Shown: piece after piece, positions 60,111 through 64,000 of the stretch
Layout: the number at the start of each line of letters is the position of its first letter
Numbering within the stretch: position 1 is the first letter of the stretch
NCBI GenBank assembly: GCA_013265495.1
Contig: MU058423.1
Location: 1,811,061 to 1,875,060, forward strand
DNA: 64,000 nt
Direction of reading: 5' to 3'
DNA from: Vicugna vicugna
Lineage: Eukaryota
Translations under genes and position numbers: made by a program
The notes under the pieces: model-generated
Seen by the model: only the letters and a program-made list of their open reading frames with translations
Databases searched by the model: none
What the model was told of the DNA's origin: nothing

Positions 60111-61635
60111 AGGGATGACCATTTGTGAAAAGTTTTATGAAAGTCATCATCTAAATATACTTTCTACATTATCTCCAACTGAGGTTTGGAGGTTTAAAAT
60201 ACAATTTGTTAAGTGTAAACCATTGAAATGTAACAATTTTCATGAGCCTGTTCAGCTTTTTTTTTTAATCCACTAAGAAGCCTAAAAATAATAAAAGTGG
60301 CCCAGTTCTGTCTCATTCCTGGCTAACAGGCAGTATTGGTCTTAGATAAGAAAGGTGAGGCTTGGAGAAGCCACCCTATGCCAGAACTTAACTCCTTGGC
60401 ATCATGCTTGCCTCCCCACCCCGTAAGGCTTAAACACCAAGGCTGTGCTCCATCCTTGAAGTCCTGGGACATTCTCTTGTCTCCTCCACCCCAACCCAAC
60501 CCAGGCCCCTCATCTCCCCCAGGACTGCAGCCAGAGCCTTCCCTCCTCCACGTCATCCCCCACTGCACAGCCCTGCTCCTTTCCACCCTGAAACCCCTGG
60601 TTCCCTCCGTGGCCCGAGCTGGCTGCTCAGCCACAGACCCAGAAAGCTACTCCCACAGCATTTCCACTGCCCTAGGTCCCTCATCTTGTTTGTCCTTGCC
60701 TACAGCTGGGAGAGACCCCAGGATGTGCCTCCAGAGGGGTCCATCAACAGAATTCCATCCTCAGCTCCTGCTGAGAGCCCTGTTCCCCTCTTCATAAAGG
60801 ACAGTCTCCTTGTGAACTGTCACAGCCACACCTGTAGGTGTGACTCAGCTGCCCCTCAGCTGTTTGTAGGGCACGTGTGGTCAGGATAAGGTGGGGACAG
60901 GGACGAGATAGTAATGTGGCCCCCGCCCCCTTTCCAAAACCTTCTGAGAGTTCAGCTACTATAAAGGTGTGACCTAAAGCCCAGTCACTGGACTGGGAGC
61001 AAGGCTGGCTATGACTAAGAAAAGTAAAGCCTGATCAATTGCACTGCCCCCGTTAGGGAACAGACTGTCAAAAGAAGGGGTGCAGAGAGGAAAGATGGAG
61101 GGTCAGGGAGCAAACGTGCCCAGCGCCCAGCCGAGCACTGCCTAGGGAGCCTGCCAAGGGACCGAGCACTGAGATCTCCCCAAGAAGCTGGTGTGCCTGC
61201 TCCCACAGTGCCTCAGAGTAGCATGACTGAGAAACGCCTCTTACATGGGCCCGATGCTCTTGTTCTGACCCCCTACTATATGTATTTCCCGTGTGGCCTC
61301 CCCTGGAGGGGCTTCAGGGACCTGTGAGCTTGAGGGGTCCCTCCGCTGACAGCTGCGGTCCTTGCCGAACTTTGACCCGCCCACCTCTGTGAGCCACTGG
61401 ACGTGGGTCTGCCCTGGCGATGCAGCCACTCTCCAGGCTTGGGCAAGTCAGGTTTGGAGCCTCTAAAACCAAGGATGGGACTCTGGACTGTGGTTCCCCC
61501 CAAGGTAATGGCAACCTCCCCTATCCATGTGGCCCCAGCTGACCTGGACATGTCATGTAACATTCACCTCCCACCCTTGCAGAGAGGTGCAGGGGTTCAG
61601 CCCCAAAGAAAGCCGGGCTTTGCAGAGACATAGTA

Positions 61636-61641
61636 TTTATT
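61636..61641 (-). terminator. CYM: Chymosin polyadenylation signal
   Basis: AATAAA on the minus strand (tttatt on +) about 105 nt after the stop, downstream of the CA-rich 3'UTR typical of chymosin mRNAs. Confidence 0.85.
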
Positions 61642-61668
61642 GAGAACCATCCACCTGAAAACCTCATC

Positions 61669-61710
61669 TCTGTGTGTGTGTGTGTGCATGCATGTGTGTG
61701 TGTGCGTGTG
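61669..61710. repeat. Imperfect (TG)n/(CA)n repeat in the CYM 3'UTR
   Basis: tctgtgtgtgtgtgtgtgcatgcatgtgtgtgtgtgcgtgtg lies between the CYM stop codon and the polyA signal. Confidence 0.9.
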
Positions 61711-61745
61711 TTTGGGGACAGCGAGGTGCTTGGTCAGCGGTGCAA

Positions 61746-61940
<195 letters not shown>

Positions 61941-62620
61941 CTACCCCACCCCCCAGTCACTCTTGCATCTGTTATTTCCTTTCATGCTTGAAATCACCTT
62001 CCAAGGTAAGCAAACAAGTATCAGATTCATCTCCTTTACAGATGAAGAAGTTGATATTCAAAAATGAAGTGACTGACGCCAAGGTCACTTGGCGGGCCCC
62101 TTCCCCCGCTCCCCCTCCCTGGTCCTCCCCAGCCCCTCACCCTCCTGCTCTCAGCACCTATGGCCTGGATGACTGTCTAGAGCAGGCCTGGGGGCTCAAG
62201 GTCTTGCCTGTTGGAGATGCTCAAAATTAGCTCAAAGCTGGGGCCAGCAGGGTCAGTGGGGATGAGGGTTGGGTCCCCAACAAAGCCCAGGCCATTGAAA
62301 AAATCCCTGACAAAGCCCCGGGTCCCAGGGCTTAGAAGCTAGAGCTGTGGCTGGAGGTTCCTACGGGCGGCCATGGCCCGCCCACCCCACCCTCCCTCCG
62401 TGACAGCTGTCCTTTCTGTCTGCCCCATTTCTCCCAGGATGAGGCTGTAGCAGCCACAGGTGAGGCCCAGGAATGACAGGCCTCACTCGAAGGGCCAGTC
62501 GGTCTAAAGTTGCAGCCTGCTTTCTCCATCTTGGCCCTGCCACTCATCACCAATGCGCTGACCTGCCAGGAGGGAGAAGGGGTGCGGGTGAGCCCGACTT
62601 TCCTGTCTGGAGGCTCCTAC

Positions 62621-62719
62621 CTTGCTTGTGTAGGCTGAGGGGGACAGTGGGTAGTCTCTGCCATTGATCTCGAAGACCACAGTGGGCATGCTCCTCAGGC
62701 TCCCACAGTTGACGTCAAA
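62621..62719 (-). CDS. CYM: Chymosin exon 8 (99 bp)
   Basis: Encodes FDVNCGSLRSMPTVVFEINGRDYPLSPSAYTSK. Acceptor ggtcttcag|TTT, donor AAG|gtagga, phase 0 at both ends. Confidence 0.97.
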
Positions 62720-63248
62720 CTGAAGACCAGAGGGAAGTCCTCTTAGAAGGGCCGTGGGTATGATCTGACCCGCGGAGGCAGAGGAAGTCCCAGGTGGGCC
62801 CTCTTCCTCTGCGCTGGAACCACACCGTGGGGAGGGGCCCGCCCCTCAGGGGATCCTACGGAGGCCCTTAAACCTCAAAGGAGTCACACTGAGGGGGACC
62901 AGCTGTCATCCAGCCCAGGGACAGAGCCCAGTGGGGTTTGTCTTGGAGTTTCCCCTCCAGACCAAGCCAGAGCCCCCAGGGACACTGGAAGCACCTAGCT
63001 GTCAGGGAGGAAGAGGGGAGGCCCATGGATGGACAGGGGACAAGAAGGCACAGCAAAATTCAGCAAGTCAGGGATGTATGACCCTCCCTGGGGATAGGAG
63101 GTCAGACTGCGGCCGGCTGCCGCAGGAGACATGGGAGCTCCAACAGCCACGGGCGGCCAAAGCTAGAAGAGCTAGACCATTGTGAAGGCCTCCCAAGAAA
63201 TCCCAGCCCCTGCTGGGGAATGCGCTCCTTCACCATTTCCCTTTGTCA

Positions 63249-63560
<312 letters not shown>

Positions 63561-63744
63561 TCACAGCCTTTCCTTTGGCTCCTTCCTGGAGCCCCATAAG
63601 TTCCTGAGCCCAGAGAAAAGTCCTGAAACCATTTTCTCCCAACTCAGTGGCTAAATAGAGGCCGTGCCAGCCTTCATGGGACAGAAACTCCAATGAAACC
63701 ACAAAGTCACACGCATTAGGGGTGGAATGAGTACTGTGCTAGTT

Positions 63745-63990
63745 GCCCAGGGATCTGGTTTCAAGTTTTTTCCTGTCATTTACTTGCTGCAAGTTCCCCA
63801 ACCTTCCTGTTCTCAGGGTTCTCATCTACCAGATGGGTACATTACCTACCCCTTTCTTGACTTCCTTAAAGGATGGTTCAGACTTGATGTTAGTAAATTA
63901 CAAAATGAGGATAATCATGGCCCCGCCCTCATAGGAGTTTAGTGAGGAGTGAACGAGGCAGTCACGTCCTCACTCGGCACAAGGCCTGGC
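63745..63990 (+). mobile_element. MIR SINE in CYM intron 6
   Basis: tcatttacttgctgcaagttccccaaccttcctgttctcagggttctcatctaccagatggg. Confidence 0.65.
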
Positions 63991-64000
63991 AGGTGGTACT

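Overview
Mammalian genomic DNA, most likely a camelid (inferred from near-identity of the chymosin peptides to camel chymosin as I recall it, two young L1 3' stubs, and no Alu/B1/Bov-tA/PRE-1/CAN/ERE SINEs that I could recognise). Two protein-coding genes are supported. KCNA10 (Kv1.8 voltage-gated K+ channel) is an intact single-exon CDS of 511 aa at 40127-41662 (+). The last three exons (7-9) of an intact chymosin gene (CYM) lie convergently on the minus strand at 61746-63447; the rest of CYM is beyond the window end. This matches the conserved KCNA2-KCNA10-CYM(P) order. The rest is GC-rich intergenic DNA with many old repeats (MIR, L2, MaLR MLT1 LTRs, MER20/MER5/MER53). All other ORFs in the track look non-coding. 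I found no new protein-coding system, RNA gene, CRISPR array or foreign insert. The best leads are regulatory or structural and are all motif-level: an orphan CpG island with a strong CTCF motif (8.76-9.27 kb); splice acceptors just before the KCNA10 ATG implying an unseen upstream exon; a perfect RFX X-box 5.4 kb upstream of KCNA10; a ~219-bp local copy inserted into a MIR with a 119-bp identical core; and a dense motif cluster just 3' of CYM. Repeat subfamily names and boundaries are approximate and based on recalled consensus sequences.
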